Shown in pieces: positions 63,065 to 64,000 of a stretch of DNA of 64,000 bases. The notes beneath the pieces were generated by a model that saw only the letters and a list, made by a program, of their open reading frames with translations, did no database searches and was not told where the DNA came from. The DNA is taken from assembly GCF_006345805.1 (NCBI RefSeq), contig NC_043005.1, forward strand, positions 14,198,001-14,262,000. Reading direction: 5' to 3'. A program made the translations under genes and the position numbers. Origin of the DNA: Octopus sinensis. Lineage: Eukaryota. How positions within the stretch are numbered: position 1 is the stretch's first letter; each line of letters opens with the position of its first letter.

Positions 63065-63519
63065 GAGAAGTGAAATGTACAGTGTAAGATAAGAATTATA
63101 CAGCTACTGGTGGATGGAGGAGTTTAGAAACAAATGAAATAAGAGAAGTGGGTTAAGAAACTTTCTATGAGAGTAATTGATAGTCTTTAGAGCAAATAAA
63201 TTATCAGGATAGAAAAATGAGTCATAGGAAGAGTAAAATCCTCAAGGACATTGCTCTCTTGAAAGCCGGAGCTAATAGGGTAGTAAGGACAGCAGAAACA
63301 GAGCATGAGAAACATTGTTGTTTAACCCTGAGTCACACTTGGTTAGGTAGACCCATGCTGAATGGTGTTCCAACTGAGACTACCCTATCTTTTATTCAGA
63401 CTTTGTGAATCTAGGATCACATTATCCTCCAATGCATAGTTGCTTTTTTTATTTATTTATTTATCTTTTACTTGTTTTAGTCACTAGACTGCTGCCATAC
63501 TGGGGCACCACCTTGAATT

Positions 63520-63900
63520 TTTTAGTTGAATGAATCAATCACAGTATTTCATTTTTAAAAAAAAGTGTTACTTATTCTATCAGTATCCTTTGCAGAACTG
63601 CTAAGTTATGGGGACACAAACACACCAACAGTAGTTGTCAAGTGGGGGTGGGGGTGGGGGCAAAAACAGACACAAAGACACACACACACACATATATTAT
63701 ATATATATGTATGTATGAATGTATATATATATATATATATGACAGGCTTCTTTCAGTTTCTGTCTACTAAAAATATTCACAAGGCTTTGGTCAGCCCGAG
63801 GCTATAGCAGAAGACATTTGCCCAAGGTGCCCTGCAGTGGGACTGAACTTGGAACCATGTGCTTGGCAAGCAAGCTTCTTACTGCACAGTCACACCTGTG
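63520..63900 (-). mobile_element. SINE family B-related copy
   Basis: Reverse complement of the head (TTGCCCAAGGTGCCCTGCAGTGGGACTGAAC) and body (GGCTTCTTTCAGTTTC), with an internal microsatellite. Confidence 0.75.
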
Positions 63901-64000
63901 CCTCTTGATTTTTTTTTTTAAGATAGTGTTTGTGTGTGTGATGTGAGGGAGATTTGGTTGCTATATCTAGCAAGCTGACCATATACAGGGCTGCTTATTG

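Overview
AT-rich, microsatellite-dense eukaryotic genomic DNA, most likely from a coleoid cephalopod such as Octopus (inferred from the tRNA-derived SINE families and repeat landscape, not from a database hit). Only one host coding segment is confidently recognisable: the first coding exon of a phosphatidylinositol-5-phosphate 4-kinase (PIP4K2) on the minus strand at 43427-43540, ending in a GTAAGT donor. I could not find its exon 2, so positions 1-43426 are probably one intron of more than 43 kb, and about 45-64 kb is upstream or intergenic. The rest is a transposon graveyard: several tRNA-derived and RTE-tailed SINE families, RTE and R4/Dong-like LINE remnants, Penelope-like fragments, a Gypsy gag remnant, hAT, pogo and mariner remnants, piggyBac-like and other MITEs, and Helitron and Helentron-like elements. 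Nearly all ORFs in the supplied track are microsatellite or TE artefacts. The most interesting observations are a minimal type-I hammerhead-ribozyme-shaped motif in a Penelope-like fragment, an 8-unit head-truncated SINE tandem array with higher-order structure, microsatellite-associated inverted duplications, and a second CpG-retaining island inside the intron with candidate splice sites. None of these is established as a new biological system; they are leads with stated tests.
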